NCBI GenBank assembly: GCA_907165135.1
Contig: OU015569.1
Coordinates: forward strand, 2,790,001 to 2,854,000
DNA length: 64,000 nucleotides
Source of the DNA: Oikopleura dioica
Lineage: Eukaryota; Animalia; Chordata
Direction: 5' to 3'
A model generated the notes under the pieces. That model was not told the origin of the DNA and did no database searches. It saw only the letters and a program-made list of their open reading frames with translations. This document shows positions 23,983-37,052 of this stretch, in pieces (the first letter of the stretch is position 1; every line of letters starts with the position of its first letter). The translations under genes and the position numbers were made by a program.

Positions 23983-24408
23983 TCAAGCCATACTATTGTC
24001 AGCAATTTCGCTAATCGTTTTCCATTACTGTCCCGCCGAGGGTTGATTCTTGAGTGGAGCTATCCAACCGGATAGTATCTCAGAAGCGTCGTCCGTTTTT
24101 CGGACTTGTTTTTTGGAAAGCTTCTGTCTCACTTGCCGATATCGTGGATTGTACGGATTTATAACCAGTTTCTCCGATCCAGCGATATCATAGTGGCCTC
24201 ATATTTTCTAAATAGAAATAATGTTAGTTTTTATGACAATTTACCAAGATAGATCTATCGTAGAACATGCGGAGAAGTATTATTATATGTAATTCAGTAG
24301 ACTCTTTTATCTTTCGCGAAGAGTAAATAAGTAATGGAAAGCGATTTTTCGCTTATCTGGCAGTAGGTTGGTGTGACTTTTCTCAAGCCATACTATTGTC
24401 AGCAATTT
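23983..24408. repeat. Diverged local direct duplication with an exact 26-nt core, copies 400 bp apart
   Basis: tcaagccatactattgtcagcaattt at 23983-24008 and 24383-24408. Both are preceded by cagtaggt, and weaker similarity continues downstream. Confidence 0.7.
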
Positions 24409-24990
24409 TGCCACATATCCTCCCACTCGTCGCTGTCTTCCGATTTGATCGCTGGAATATGGATTTTCAATAACCTTTTTCTCCAAATCAGTGACAAATC
24501 AACTCATTTTCTCATATATTCTAAAAGGAATCAGGATATGAGAAGATAACCTAGTATTTATAATGAATTTTTCACAGACATATCCATGATTGAACTTAAA
24601 GTAAGGGCAAATAAATGCGTTTTACGCTCATCACGTGATCGTTAATGGCAGTAATAAATAGTTTAGAGCCTAAGAAGGGTATTTACGTGAACAATCGAAC
24701 TTTTAATTTAGTTTGAGTGTGGTCGTGACAGTGAAAGAAGAGTCTTAAGAGGTCCTGGCTATTGTTTGTTATTGCCACGATATTGGATTTGGTCGACTAA
24801 GTTGGAATATTTTCGATAAGAGTGAGGACTTTATGGGCTATTAAAGAGCTGATGGAGCTGTGCAAAAGCAAGTGTAACGGCAATAATTGAAGATTTTGAA
24901 AATGAAACAAGTGAGAAAAGCAAGTCGGAGATATTTCAAGATATGCGTTTACCACGGACCACACAGCAGGTTTCTTCAAGAAGGACCAGG

Positions 24991-27900
24991 TCATTGAACA
25001 ATCCTTTGACCGTTAGCAGCTGGTCGCGGTTGTTGCCGTGGAGGAGGGCGGAAGTGTCTATCAAAGACTTCACCTGACCGGCTCATGAATTTACGACTAA
25101 ACACGAAACTTAAAAGGGAATCATTTTTGGACTTCTTACATGTATCTCGACGTTAGTTTTATTGCTTCATCTTCGAATTCGTAAGTTTTGAGCTCCTTTA
25201 CTATTCTTTTTGCAATTGAAAGTGCGCATTTCTTGATGATATATCGATAGTCGTCTTCGTTTTCTATTCGGCCAACGGTGCAGTTTGGGTCAGTATACTC
25301 TTGCAGACTCTTGCAAAGATTGTCCGCAGTACGTACTCTCAGTTTCTCGATCTTCATACGATGCTCCTCTGGGCTCATTTCTGGTGCGTCCCAAGTCGTC
25401 TCACGGGTGTCCTCGTGATAGTAGTATGGAGTTCCATCTTCGCTGTCGTGACCTTTCCAACCATCCGGCAATAGAGAGTCGGGCACTCGTTTCTTCTTTT
25501 CTTCGGCTTCTTTGACTGCTTTGGCTTTCATCCTTTCAGCCATTCTGCGCTCCATTTCAATCTCTTCAGCTTCTTTTGCTTTACGCTTGGCCTTTTCTCT
25601 GGCCTTTTGCGCTTCGCGTTTCTCGAACATCTTCCCTGCTTTCCAGGTTCTGAAGAATTCCTCCACATCATCTGTATTAATGCGGACGAGGAGACTGCCG
25701 TCTTCATGCTTATCGAGTAGACAGGCAACTCCATCAATGATGGTTTCGTCGTCTTCGGACGGCTTGATATGAGCATGAAGCTTTTTAATTTTACAACGTT
25801 GCTCATCTGCCGTCATATCAGCAGGATTAGGCGACTCGGGCGGCGTTATTGGACCTTCATTGCTTCCCATATCGTAGTACTCGCCAGAGCCATTAGATGA
25901 TTCTATACGCTCACTGTTCAAGCGCTCCTGCTCCGCGGCGGCTCTCACCTCTTCCTCCATCTTCACTTTTTCTTCGAAGCGTCGCCGATAATCACTCTTC
26001 CTCTTTTCCCACTCCACTGGATCCACATCCGGCTTTCTCGGTTTGGGACTCCTTCTTCTTTGATACGATGGTTCTCGCTTCTCTTCTTTTTTCTGTGGTT
26101 CAGGAATAGTCTCTGAGGAAGGCTTGCGTGCGACGGGAATTTTCTTCAACTGGATCATCCTTGTCAACTTGCGCCATTTTGTGACAAGTGCATTGGCTCT
26201 TTCCTGGTGTTCGTCTTCTGTTTTCGACCATTTGTCCATCATTTTAATCCACTCATTATCTTCAACTTTGTCTCGATGGGTAATATCTAACTCTTCAAGT
26301 AGCCATAGAATGTCGCCTTTGAGAGCGTTATCGTCGACGTTGTCGTCTTTGGCGTAAGTCAAGAGCATTTCAAGACCGTAGTTATAGATAAAAGCCATTT
26401 TGATTTTTCGTGGAGACTTGCCAACTAGCTCTAAGGCCCATCTGCGTGCCTCTATCTCGTTTGGACGAACTCTAGACATGGTCGTTATGAACGGTGATAT
26501 ATCTTCTTTATGTTGCAGCTTTTTCATCTTCATGATCTTTTTTCCGTAGTGGTTCTCGTCCACGCCAGCTTTTCTTCTATATTCAGCCTCGTCAGCTTCT
26601 CTACCGATTGTACCGCGACAGGAAGGGGCTCCACAGAGGCACTTTTGAGCTTTGCCAAAATGAATAAACTGGTAATTGAAGGTTATCTCTGTATTTGGTT
26701 GGATATCCTTCGTTGCGAAGAAACCAATTCGAAGCATTCCATTGACGGTCCATTTTTGCGTTTCAGCGTTGGGTTCGCAGGAATGGTTCATGAACCTGGA
26801 GATTGAGCCTCGTTTGTAAGCGTCGATCGTTGCCTGCGGCGTGAGCTCCATGAAATAATGGTGTTGCGTCCCAGACCGAGCATATTCGTGTGATCTCTTT
26901 TTGAACTCTTTAGCACTCACCACTTCTCCGACGTATTCCATTATGAATGTTCCAGCAGAAATAACCTCGGTTGCTCTCAGACCGTGACCTTTTCCTTCTG
27001 TCGAGAAGACTTCTACAGGTGCATTATTCTGGCGCTGGAAGTTCTTGTTTGTACATCGGTCGCCAGTTCTACACCTGCTGCTGCACTCGACGAGGATCGC
27101 GCGGTTAAGACACTCGTAGCCACAGCAAACCTCATCAGGGTCATCAGGAGGGCGACATTCGCAGTCCATCTTCCGGGTATCTTTTCCAGCACGTACGAAA
27201 TCTTTGTTGCAGCGATAGATTGGTTCAGTAATCATGTCAAACTCGGGCATGGCTGGTTTTTTTTCGTCAGTGTCAGGTTTCTCCTCATGCTGCTCAGTAG
27301 TTGAATCAGACTGACTGTGACCATTTAGTTTTTGGCCATCTTCTGATGATTCGAGCTTGGGGATGACGACGGTCGGAGCGGTGACATCAAAATCAGGCGC
27401 AGCTGAAAACCGTGATTTCCGGCGAAGTGGCGCAGGAGGTGGGCAAGGGGCGGCTATAACTGGTTCAGCTTTGATAGAGATTGGGGCGTCAGGGCGCTTG
27501 TCTCCAAGACACTCCATATTGTCCAGCCCTTTAAACCAAGAGACACTATTATTAATGAAATTCACGTCGTCTTCATCATACTCGTCAGAATCGGAGATGT
27601 CCATTCCATCGGAAAGAATTTCTTGTATTTCTGGGCATTCTGTTTTGACTACAAAAGGGGAGGTGATGGGCTGCATGAGAGGTTTTTGCTGAGGTTTTGC
27701 TTTTGGGTTATTCATTGCATGTTCTTGCTTAACATCTGCTACTGGAAGTGGAGATGACGGTGGCTTTTCAACTTGCTGTGGTACTGGGACCGGTAGAGGA
27801 GGCTCGACGGGAGGAGATGGCTCGGTCGGAAGAGGCTGGTCAATCGACAGAGGTGGATGGTCTTTTGCCGAGGATTGATCGTCAGGAAGAGGTGCATCTA

Positions 27901-28698
27901 GAGGTGGTTTAATGAAAGACCCGCTTTCGAAGCCACCATGAATTTCTGTTTTCACAGAAATGGGTGCTTTTTTCGGAGAAACGACTCGCCACTTCGCGTC
28001 GCCGTTCGTTGAACCATTAAGACCATTGAATTTGATTCCGGTGTGAATGGTAGGAGGCGCTTTTGGTTCAATCTCTTCATCCGAATCGCCAAAGAAGTCG
28101 GCCAGGGTAGGTTTCTTCTTTCGCGGCGATGGATTTTCAATCTCCGTCTTTGGCTTAGAGTCGAGTTCTTTAAGAGTGTTGACATCGGAGTGACCGTTGG
28201 TGGCTTTTGGGGATGGAGAACGTATTTTGCTGCTTGATGCAGAGGATGAACGACGCCTTGATCTTGAACGTCGTCCATCACGCGAAGATTTCTTTCGTCT
28301 GAAATTTATTCGGTGAAAATTTGGCTGCTAGAGAAAGTAGCTTACCTTGCTGATGATCTTCTCCGACGGGATCTTCTTGAGCTAGATTTGTAACTAGAAC
28401 GTCTGCGTCTACGTGAGCTCGACCTGGTTCGAGATCTTTTTCTGTCCCGACGAGAGCTTCGTGATCGCCGTCGACGTCGTTTATTTTCTCGACTTCTTGA
28501 CCGACTTCTCGATCGATTCCGTTTATAAGACTTTTTCCGATCCGATTCTGTATGTCTGTAACTTTTCGGTCTTTTTGAATTGCGTTTTCTGTCTCTTGAG
28601 CGGCTTCTGCTGGAGTCAGAAGAGTCGGATGACGAGAGAGAATGCTCTGAGTCGGAGCTGCTGCTGTCTCGTGAATCCTTTCGTCCAGCCGGTGCCAT
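24991..28698 (-). CDS. SETD2: Histone H3K36 methyltransferase SETD2/Set2, 3 exons
   Basis: AWS, SET (RFMNHSCEPNAETQKWTVNG), post-SET (KCLCGAPSCRG), WW (LPDGW...YYYHEDTRETTWDAP) and SRI domains. The RS-rich first exon (28698) joins by a GT-AG intron. The last exon reads YI|RKFMSRSGEVF...IVQ* and ends at 24991. Confidence 0.95.
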
Positions 28699-28938
28699 TG
28701 CTCATCCGTCGAGCAACGGAAATCAGACTCAAAGATAGGGCTGAATTCTGATTAGAAGAATCAGTCAATCAATCAAAATAAGTTATCTAAAAAGAGCGTT
28801 CTAAGATTAAAGTGTAAAACTAGAAGTATCTGTTTCGAATTATCAGAAAATAAATAATAGAAATCAGGAAATCCATCGGAAAATCAGTATAACGAATTAG
28901 AATGACAGTACGTCAGTTGTACGTTGAAGTGTTTAGTT

Positions 28939-30469
28939 TTACAAGTCCTCGAACTCAACATCCGAGAGAGGCTGCTTCATCATTGCTGCTTGAGCTGACT
29001 TCATCAAGTCTTCGGATTGAAGCTAGAACGACGTTACGAATACTCAATTAATCGACGGAAAAACGTACCTGAGCAGCGTTCCACTCAGCAATCTGGACTA
29101 GTCCATCGGCCACAGAGTGGTCACGTGCGTAGTTCATAACGATCTTGGTACCTTGGACTGCCACAGGCGACTTTTCGGCGATGCTCTTTTAATGATTCTT
29201 TTTCAAATCGTCTTCTTTACTACCGGACATCCGGTATTACAACATGTTGTTATATACCGAAAGAGGGGTCAGTATTTCTCTGAAGATCACGTGACGTCAT
29301 GTTTCTTGACGTCATGTGGCACAAGGAATGTGTCAATCGAAAATTCGTTGAACTTGAGCCAACTGGGGAGTTTCGAGGAAGCGAGCAGCGCGTGGGTGGA
29401 AGTCACGCACGCCCACGGAAAGAACGCAAGAATTTCGCGTGGGTCGCTCCAAGGGAATTAAAAAATTTGCCGCTTGGTGGCGCATAACGTCAATGCACAA
29501 AATCGTCGCTACTAGGGGAAAGAACCTTTCCTTGGCAACATCGAGTGCAGCTGCTAGAGTTGTCTCTTTATTTTCGTAGACTTTACTAACGAATCCGATG
29601 TCCTTCGCCTCTGAGGCATCGAATTTGCGAGCAGTGAGGGCGAGCTCGCGGGCGGTAGAGTCGTTGCCGATTATTTTCGGAAATCGCTGAAGTGTTCCGA
29701 GATCAGCTGCAAGGCCAACATCGACCTCTTTGATAGTAAACCAGGCGTCGGCGCTAGAATATCGGATGTCGCAAGCGGAGAGGACGTCAATCGCGCCGCC
29801 GATGCATGCTCCATGAATTGCCCCAATCACGGGCTTTGGGCAATCAGCTAAAAAGGCAACATCTTTATCGTGTTCTTTCTAAACGCAAGTCTCTCACCAA
29901 TAGAATTGACAGGCTTTTGCAGCCTGAGAACCATTTTGCGAAGCGCTCGCGCCTTGTGCCCGACGTCATCCTTTTCCATGACCTGGCCCAGTTCGCCGGC
30001 CAGTTGCATCAGATCGATGCCCGCCGACCAGAATTTCTCACCCGAAGCAGTAAGGACGATTGATCTGACTTTCTCATCGTCAGCAGCAGCGTTGAAGACC
30101 ATTTCGCATTCGTGCCAGAAGTCGGCGTTCATCGCGTTGCCTTTTTTCGGCCGGTTGATTTCCACTTGCAAAACTCCCGGGTGAGGACTGGACAATGCAA
30201 GAGCTAGAATTTTTCATTTGATTTAATTCTTCCGTCTCTGCTTTAAATTCTTTTTCCAATCTCTAATTTGCACAACGTTAGGTTCTATCAATGCGCCCAC
30301 GCTAGAGAATGAACACTCGGTCGGTTCCCACAAAGAATTATATTACGCTTCAGATTCTCATGTATGGAAGGGACTCTGTTAGACTAGCCTAACCTTTGCA
30401 TTCGAGTGCGGCGGTCGAGGAAGATCGACAAATCGCCCGGGAGAGTGTGTTTCCGACTACTCGAAACAT
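28939..30469 (-). CDS. ECH1: Delta(3,5)-Delta(2,4)-dienoyl-CoA isomerase (crotonase family), multi-exon
   Basis: INRPKKGNAMNADFW, FWSAGIDL, IGAIHGACIGGAIDVLSACDIRY, IKEVDVGLAADLGTLQRFPKIIGN, KSPVAVQGTK, RDHSVADGL. The first exon MFRVVGNTLSRAICR looks like a presequence. Confidence 0.92.
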
Positions 30470-31105
30470 ACTGAACCACTGCTTACAGTCTTTCTTACTG
30501 TATGTTATTTAATTTTCCAATCTTGCCAAAGAAAGAATAATTCAACCAAAGCTTCAGCTTTTCAACTGCTCTGTTTCAACATAAGAAATTGAAAAATTGA
30601 GGCGAAAGGATTTACTCCCAAATCGTGTCAGTTTATTTGAACAGAACTTGCTGCAGAAATAAAAAGGGTACAGAAAGGGGGAATATATTGATTGCTGGAA
30701 AACTTATAAAAACTTAAAAAAATAAAATTGAAAAAGTAGCTGAACTCAGATAGAAAAGTCGCTTGGGTTGGGTCTTTGTTGAGGAGTTGCTGTTTACATA
30801 TTTATATGTACATTGACAAGGTTAAGTATGAAAATAGATATCTCTTAGTGTTTGACCAGGAATGCGGTAAGCACGTGGAAAGTATCGAATAATTTGTATG
30901 TCTGGAACATTTTTGAGGAATTGTCTTTGTCGAGAATCGACTCAGTTACAGTGATGCTTACTTTGAGTCAGACCGGGCTCGCTTCTTTAGTTGTTGCTCG
31001 TTTATCAGAAAACTGATGACGAATCAACTATTATTTCAAATAAAAATGATTACTTAATTCTAGGGTCTGATAATGGCAATGAAGGACATTTAAGCTAATA
31101 CGGAG

Positions 31106-34100
31106 TTATTTGGGGACTTTAATATACTCTTCAATAGACTTCTGTAAACTACATTTGCCGTCGGGATGCTTGAGCCAGAAGTTGATCGCTTCTCGAATCT
31201 CTTGGTCGGTGCCAGCTGGCCAAGACAGTCCGAATTCCCCGTTTCCTATCTTCGAAAATGTTTTAAAAACCGAAAATGATTCATCAAGTACCCTGTTGTA
31301 TTGAATAACTGGTCCATTCTTAACGCGGATTTCGTCCCTTTTCACTTTGTCGGTAAAACAATAGCGCTGCGACTTGAAATCGAACAGGCCGGAGCTTTTA
31401 AAGCAAGCGTACTGGATCGGAGTGCAATTTTCGTCATAATGCTTTTCGCTGATTACTCTTCCTTGCGCGCGACGGCGACTTGAGCTCGATAGGTTTTGAA
31501 TGGAGCTTGTAAAAGTGCTTGGAGGAGTGGGATATCTGCTGTGAGGACTGAAATAAAAACGCGGTTACTTATTTTGCCAGCTATTTAGCTATTACCTTAT
31601 GCTGCCATTTGTACTAGCAGTGGTGCTATGAAAATTAGCGATGTTGGATTGAGATAGCGCAATAGGCGTTGAGGGAGGATCGTAGGTACTCATAGGCCTG
31701 CAGCTGGGCGCACTGCGCGGTCGCGAGCCGGCCGCCTTGTCCCGACGTCCAATGTTGATGGGGAAGAACTCGAAATTTCCATTATCCGGGCCCATTATAT
31801 CTTCAATTGCTTGCTCGATCCTAAAACAAACAGATTAAACAAAGAGGCCAAATCCCATTCACGGTGCTTCACTCGAGTGTGAGGAAGGAAAAGAATCATT
31901 ACATCTGGCGGCATGTTTACTAACGGAATCAATCCATAGTCACACTGAAATAACTCGGCAAAAGAATAGACAATTACCGTTTTACGGACTCGTACTGCCT
32001 ATTTGCATGGGCAAGGTGATGCTCGATGGTTGTGTTTGGATAGTTGCTGTCTATTGTTCGCCGTTTGCCGGCGCAATCAAAGTACGATCCGACTTCGTCT
32101 CCTTCCTTCTGCTCGAAGCGTTCGCCTCCGTAGAAGTTGACTTCGAAGGAGCCGTTCTCCATCAGCCTAGCATCGCCAAGGTCCGTCCAGATTTTGATCT
32201 TTGTCGTTTTTGACTTGATCAATTGAGTGTACTTGTGAAGGTAATCCCACTTTTTTCGCAATTTTGCTGGTATCTCGGGATATCTGTGAATTTCACTGAT
32301 AATGCGGATTTGATATGTCCAACTATCGACAGTAGGTGTCAAACTAGTCACTATCTCTATTTGCACAGGGCGTAGAGAACGTACAGGCACTCTGTGTGCA
32401 GTAACTATCGAATCCTTTCCTGCGACCAATGCCATTGGGAAGGTAGGGCTGCTCCTTCGGCGTCACTTTCTGGTTATCGTAGCTCGGAGTGTACTCGGTG
32501 ACAGTTTGCGATCTGCACGCCACGAGAATCGACTTTTTGATGAATCCGTCCTGGTCGAGTGTCTCAAGCACAAGTCGCTCGCCAGATATGATATGGCAAA
32601 TGTTCTTGTTCTTCTGCGATCTGGTGGGAATGAGCCGACGGGCGCACAACTGCGGAAGTGGAGAAAGATCTAAGTTGGTCAAATATACGACTTGCTTGTT
32701 AAGAAAAGGAACTACCGTTAGATGCTTGCGGTGCGATAGCAACATCCACGGTCGTGAATCTTGTCGGAAGTGATTGCTGTCGGTAGTGCAGTGGAATTGC
32801 GGGCGCCGACTTCCCAGAGCGCGGTGAAATACGGGAGCCAGATGTGTCAATATTCTACAATAAAGTTCATTTCCGTTTGGAATTTGCTTCGCTCTTCAGA
32901 ACGAAATAATGATGTTCAAAGTCGCTGCCGCTTTCGAGTTATATCCTTGACACACACTTGTCATGATTTACAGACAGATTGCGGAATTGAACTTTTGTTG
33001 TACCTGGGATATGCCCGAGCCGTATCCTGTGCTCGGGTCTCTCGTCGTATTTGCCGAATAGCTCGGGATCGATGGTGTTTGCGGCGGTGGCATGTACTCG
33101 CGGCTGGGGATGCGCTCGACGGAGTGGCTCCGCGATTTGCGCCCGGAACGGCCACAGTTGTCGGACGCGTTGCTAGAAACGCTGGATCGACGCGACGATT
33201 GACGCGACGCTCCTCGATGAGGATGAGCGGATGAGGAAGCTTGAGGTCGATTGTTGTAAAACGAGTTAGATTGCTGTTGACCATGCTGTGAATGCGATAT
33301 TTGACTAAATCGGCTGTGTAAGTCGGAAATGTCCGACATCGTCCGCTCGCGACGAGCAAGAAACGGATGATCCAAGAGGTTTTCGATTCTAAAAACAAAC
33401 TTATGCCTTGTCAAAACGATATCTAACTTACGAAATCCTTTTCGTGGGGTTTTTCTCAAGCGTTTTAGAGATCAAGTCCTTCGCGTGTTCTGATAAAAGC
33501 TCGGGAATGTGAATTTCGCTCATAGGGATTTTCTTCATGGTGTCCTTGATGTTGAAATTGAGGAAAGAGAAGGGTTCAAGGGATGTTACCTTTGGATTAT
33601 CTCCTTCTACCGGCGGCCTGCCAACGAGAAGTTGATAGATAAGAATACCCAGACTCCAAATATCAACCTAGAAATTGAATTAAGGCAATTGCTAGAGATA
33701 GAATGGGTTATTACTTGATTGCTGTATCCATTTCTGGCGATCATTTCAGGAGGCAAGTAGTTTGGAGTCCCGCAGAATGTATTCATCTTGTCGTTTCTAA
33801 AATAAAACCGGTTATTTTTATGAAATTCTAAAAAGGTATTCGACACCGATGGGATTCGAACCCACGCGTGCAGAGCACATTGGATTAGCAGTCCAACGCC
33901 TTAACCTCTCGGCCACAGTGTCAACCGGCAGGTGCCCCTGTTTCGCCCGCCCAATTCAAAACAACAACTTGCCTACTGCTCAGCTTCGTCGCGAGACCAA
34001 AGTCGGTTATCTTGACGTTGTTGTCCTTGTCGAGCAAGATGTTTTGCAGCTTGAAATCGCGATGAACGAGGTTGTTCTTTTGGAAGAATTGAACGCCGTC

Positions 34101-35256
34101 GACGATCTGGGAAACGAGGCGGCTAACTTCTGGCTCGGCTAAGCCGGGCTGGCCTTTTTGACGGAGGTAGTCTGAATTTCGGGAGTTTACAACTGACTAT
34201 GCTCGAGTCATTGAGAGGGCAAAATATACAAAAGGAAGTAAGTGGTAGTAGTATTTGCTCGTTACTCCTTCGCGTTAGGCAATTTGGACAAAGGATTGTC
34301 CAGTCAATTACGCCATCGATCATGATTTACCTTTCAAGTCGCCTTTCTCCGCCCATTCAAGCACTATACAGAACATATCCTGGTTGGTTTTGTTGAAGTC
34401 GAAGCATTCGACGAAGCGAATGACGCGCGGGCAGTTCTCCAGCCGCTTGTGGATCTCGCATTCGGACTTGATACGCTTTTCATGTTCCCGCCGCCTAAAA
34501 TCACAATCAGTAAAGAAAGGAAAGCAGATTAGCCGCAATCTTACTTGATTTTCTTTGAGTTCAAGTCGATGAGCTTGACAGCGACTAGCCCTCCTTGCTC
34601 GCCTTCGTCGATTGCCTTGTAGACCTCGCTGAAGCCGCCGCGTTTGACAGCATCGCCCAAGATGCGATACTAAACAGACAGCATGTTAAAAATCGCCAAG
34701 ATCAACAATGCTGGAATTCCGAAGAGCGAAAAAGTCCTAATGACTCCGTTAAATCACCAAAAGCAAATGGCAAGAGGAAATTTTCAATTTGCTAATGTCA
34801 CGGTGCGAATGTATTCGTATTTGCTTTGCGACTTATATAATGCGTCGTTACGGTCCCATCAAAAAGGAAGCCCCTGTTTGTAAAAGATAGTGACTATTTA
34901 TCTTCGTCTTCTCGACTTCCAACGCCGGTTTGGAGCCAGAATGAAACGAGCCTGTCTTTTACTACATTGCCTCCAACTTTAAAGGCTACTTCGATTTGAC
35001 GTTTTTTGATCCCTTCAAGAATTAATGGTAAAAGAAACCCCGTCAATGCACTACAAAGGGCCTATATCAGGTTGACGATTGCAAAGAAAGCGCGCAAGAA
35101 AACACCGTCTATTGTTCTTTTACGTTTCCCAATTTAATGACTTTGATAAAGCCTTCCAATCATGTTAAAAAAAAAGAATGAACTTACCTTGCTCTTCCTT
35201 CCATGCAGTATTTCAGCATCGCGGAGGGTGGAATCAGAGTGCGCGTAGTTGTTCAT
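31106..35256 (-). CDS. PLK4: Polo-like kinase 4 (kinase domain, cryptic polo box, C-terminal polo box), multi-exon
   Basis: KRGGFSEVYKA, VAVKLID, VHRDFKLQNILL, ITDFGLAT, TFCGTPNYLPPE. Cryptic polo box KLRKKWDYLHKYTQLIKSKTTKIKIWT...RLMENGSFEVNFYGG is PLK4-type. First exon MNNYAHSD... at 35256. Confidence 0.88.
33841..33922 (-). tRNA. tRNA-Ser(GCT), inside a PLK4 intron
   Basis: Reverse complement GACACTGTGGCCGAGAGGTTAAGGCGTTGGACTGCTAATCCAATGTGCTCTGCACGCGTGGGTTCGAATCCCATCGGTGTCG: 82 nt, long variable arm, GCT anticodon, TTTTT terminator downstream. Confidence 0.97.
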
Positions 35257-35752
35257 GAGTTCAGTTTTCTTCTTTCCATTCTCTCTGACAAGGCTTGTTG
35301 GTTTTTAGCAATTGCTACCGATTTCTATCGTCATTCTAGAAAAGAAGGCAACATTAGCGCTGTATTGAACTGTATCTCTGTAGTTGAAAAAAGTTAGACA
35401 AACAATCTCGGTGACTCGGAATCGGAAAATTGGATCCTCGCGTGAAATTAAGGCGATTGGCTTTGTAATGGAAGCAGCCCGGAGTGTTTTGCGTTAGCCC
35501 GTATATCCATTGTCCGCTGATGTATTGTAAAATCCCAAATTCAAAGGAACTCGCCTCTCTACCTTCCACACTAGAGCGCCTGAGCTACTATAATAGAGTA
35601 CGCAGTTGAATTACAATCAAACCACAATATTTTAAATGATGATCAGTTTGAGTAATAAGATTTATTGCCAAAAACAAAGCAAAATGATAAAGTCGCTAAA
35701 TAATGAAATTTACAGGCGGATAAGTAACGTATTCGGAAAAAGGTATTAGCTT

Positions 35753-35908
35753 GGTTGCGCTCTGTAATCTGTGTACAAAACCTGAGTCAGGGTCTTGGAA
35801 AAGCTTTTATGAAAAAGCCGCATAACCTTCTCAATCAATTTCAAAGTCTGATAAAGCCGCTTTGTAAAACCTGACTCAGGTTTTATACATAGGTTGCCGA
35901 GCCCAGTG
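35753..35908. mobile_element. MITE family M1 copy
   Basis: gtgtacaaaacctgagtcagggtcttggaaaagct...aaaagccgc ... gtaaaacctgactcaggttttatacataggttgccgagcccagtg. Confidence 0.75.
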
Positions 35909-36824
35909 GCTAGTTACGACCCTGAATAAGGTAAATAAGGCTGAAAACTGAGATTGCACTTAACCGAATTTCGATTATGGAATGATTGTTCAATCGGAAT
36001 TCTTCTTCACTACGCTGGAGAAAATCTCTGTGCAGCATTAAAATTGAGTTGGATTTTGTGCACACAAAAGCACGCTGTAATTTGGACGACAATCTACGGC
36101 GCGGCAAACACACTCTGCTCTTGAGGCAAATACGATCACCAGGACGATTTAATTGACTCCAAATACTTTTCATGCTCTTTATTCATGTTCCTTTTCAAAA
36201 AGTGGCAAAGCGGCGTCGTTCGAAAAATGGAAAAACTAAAAAGGCATAAAATTGAGCCGCAGGGCTCTGCCTCATCCCGCTTCACAGTTGGGCATACAAT
36301 TTTTGACTTACTTATTTTTTCTATCACTACAATAATGATTAATCTTGTAAGAATGGAATTTCTTTTGATTATGAGTTTCCCGGTAGCAAGAATTTCTTCG
36401 CTATTTGAACACACAGTAGTTAGCGGTTCCCAATAGTTTGACTTATGTGAATCTGTTTGACTTCGCGTTAGAATAAGATAAATAACTTTTTATTTGCGTG
36501 TCAGGGCATTTTGGACGAGCTGGACAAAGAGTTGAATTCAATTGAATTCAACAGAATTTTCTGACGGAAACGCTTTTCATAAAAACACTTCCGTCTTCAT
36601 TCGCCTGGCTTGTCCAAAGCCGCTAAAATGGGCCCTTTTGGATGCTCTTTCTTCGCCAGCCGCAAGAAGCGCTTTCACATTGGATTAGCAAAACTCAGAA
36701 AACTCACCAGAAAAGAATCTTTATTCATCATACAAAAATAGTCGCGGTTAATGAAATCGAAGGTAAATGTGTTTTACAGTATAAATGAAATTTGAAATCG
36801 AAAAGAATAAAAGTCGAGTTGGAA

Positions 36825-37052
36825 TCATTTTTTCGGAGCCATGCTCATGTACTCGTCTAATGCTGAATCTAGGCCACTTTTTGTCTTTCTAGCGGTCAAT
36901 TTAGGCGCGATTATTTTTATTGATAGGCCGGTAGTTTGAAAGAACGGATATTTATTATGCCTGTTTCCATAAACAACTTTTAAAGCTAGCAACGGAAACG
37001 CAATTGATTCGAAAAGCAAAGTACTGGCTGAAAATGCCAAATACGCGAACAA
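36825..37052 (-). CDS. Exon encoding a second FoP/CHTOP-type C-terminal motif (paralog fragment or alternative last exon)
   Basis: ORF ends KTKSGLDSALDEYMSMAPKK*, resembling KTKGGLDAELDSYMSQ in the adjacent gene. Upstream exons are unresolved. Confidence 0.35.
   Translation of the reverse strand: MFAYLAFSASTLLFESIAFPLLALKVVYGNRHNKYPFFQTTGLSIKIIAPKLTARKTKSGLDSALDEYMSMAPKK

Noticed and set aside
28342-28698. RS-rich ORF as a separate SR splicing factor or novel fusion
   Set aside because: It splices in frame into SETD2, has no RRM, and SETD2 N-termini are known to contain low-complexity Arg/Ser-rich tracts.
29285-29315. Paired TGACGTCA/CACGTG motifs in an ECH1 intron as a regulatory element
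   Set aside because: Short motifs alone are not enough evidence, and no supporting context is visible.
34682-35171. catgttaaaaa direct repeat near both ends of PLK4 intron 1 as a TSD
   Set aside because: It is low-complexity, with no inverted termini, poly-A tail or second copy visible between the repeats.
7357-35908. Recurrent palindromic CCTGAGTCAGG repeats as a CRISPR or REP-like array
   Set aside because: They are dispersed, occur as inverted pairs in MITE-like units, have no regular spacers and no cas genes, and the genome is eukaryotic.
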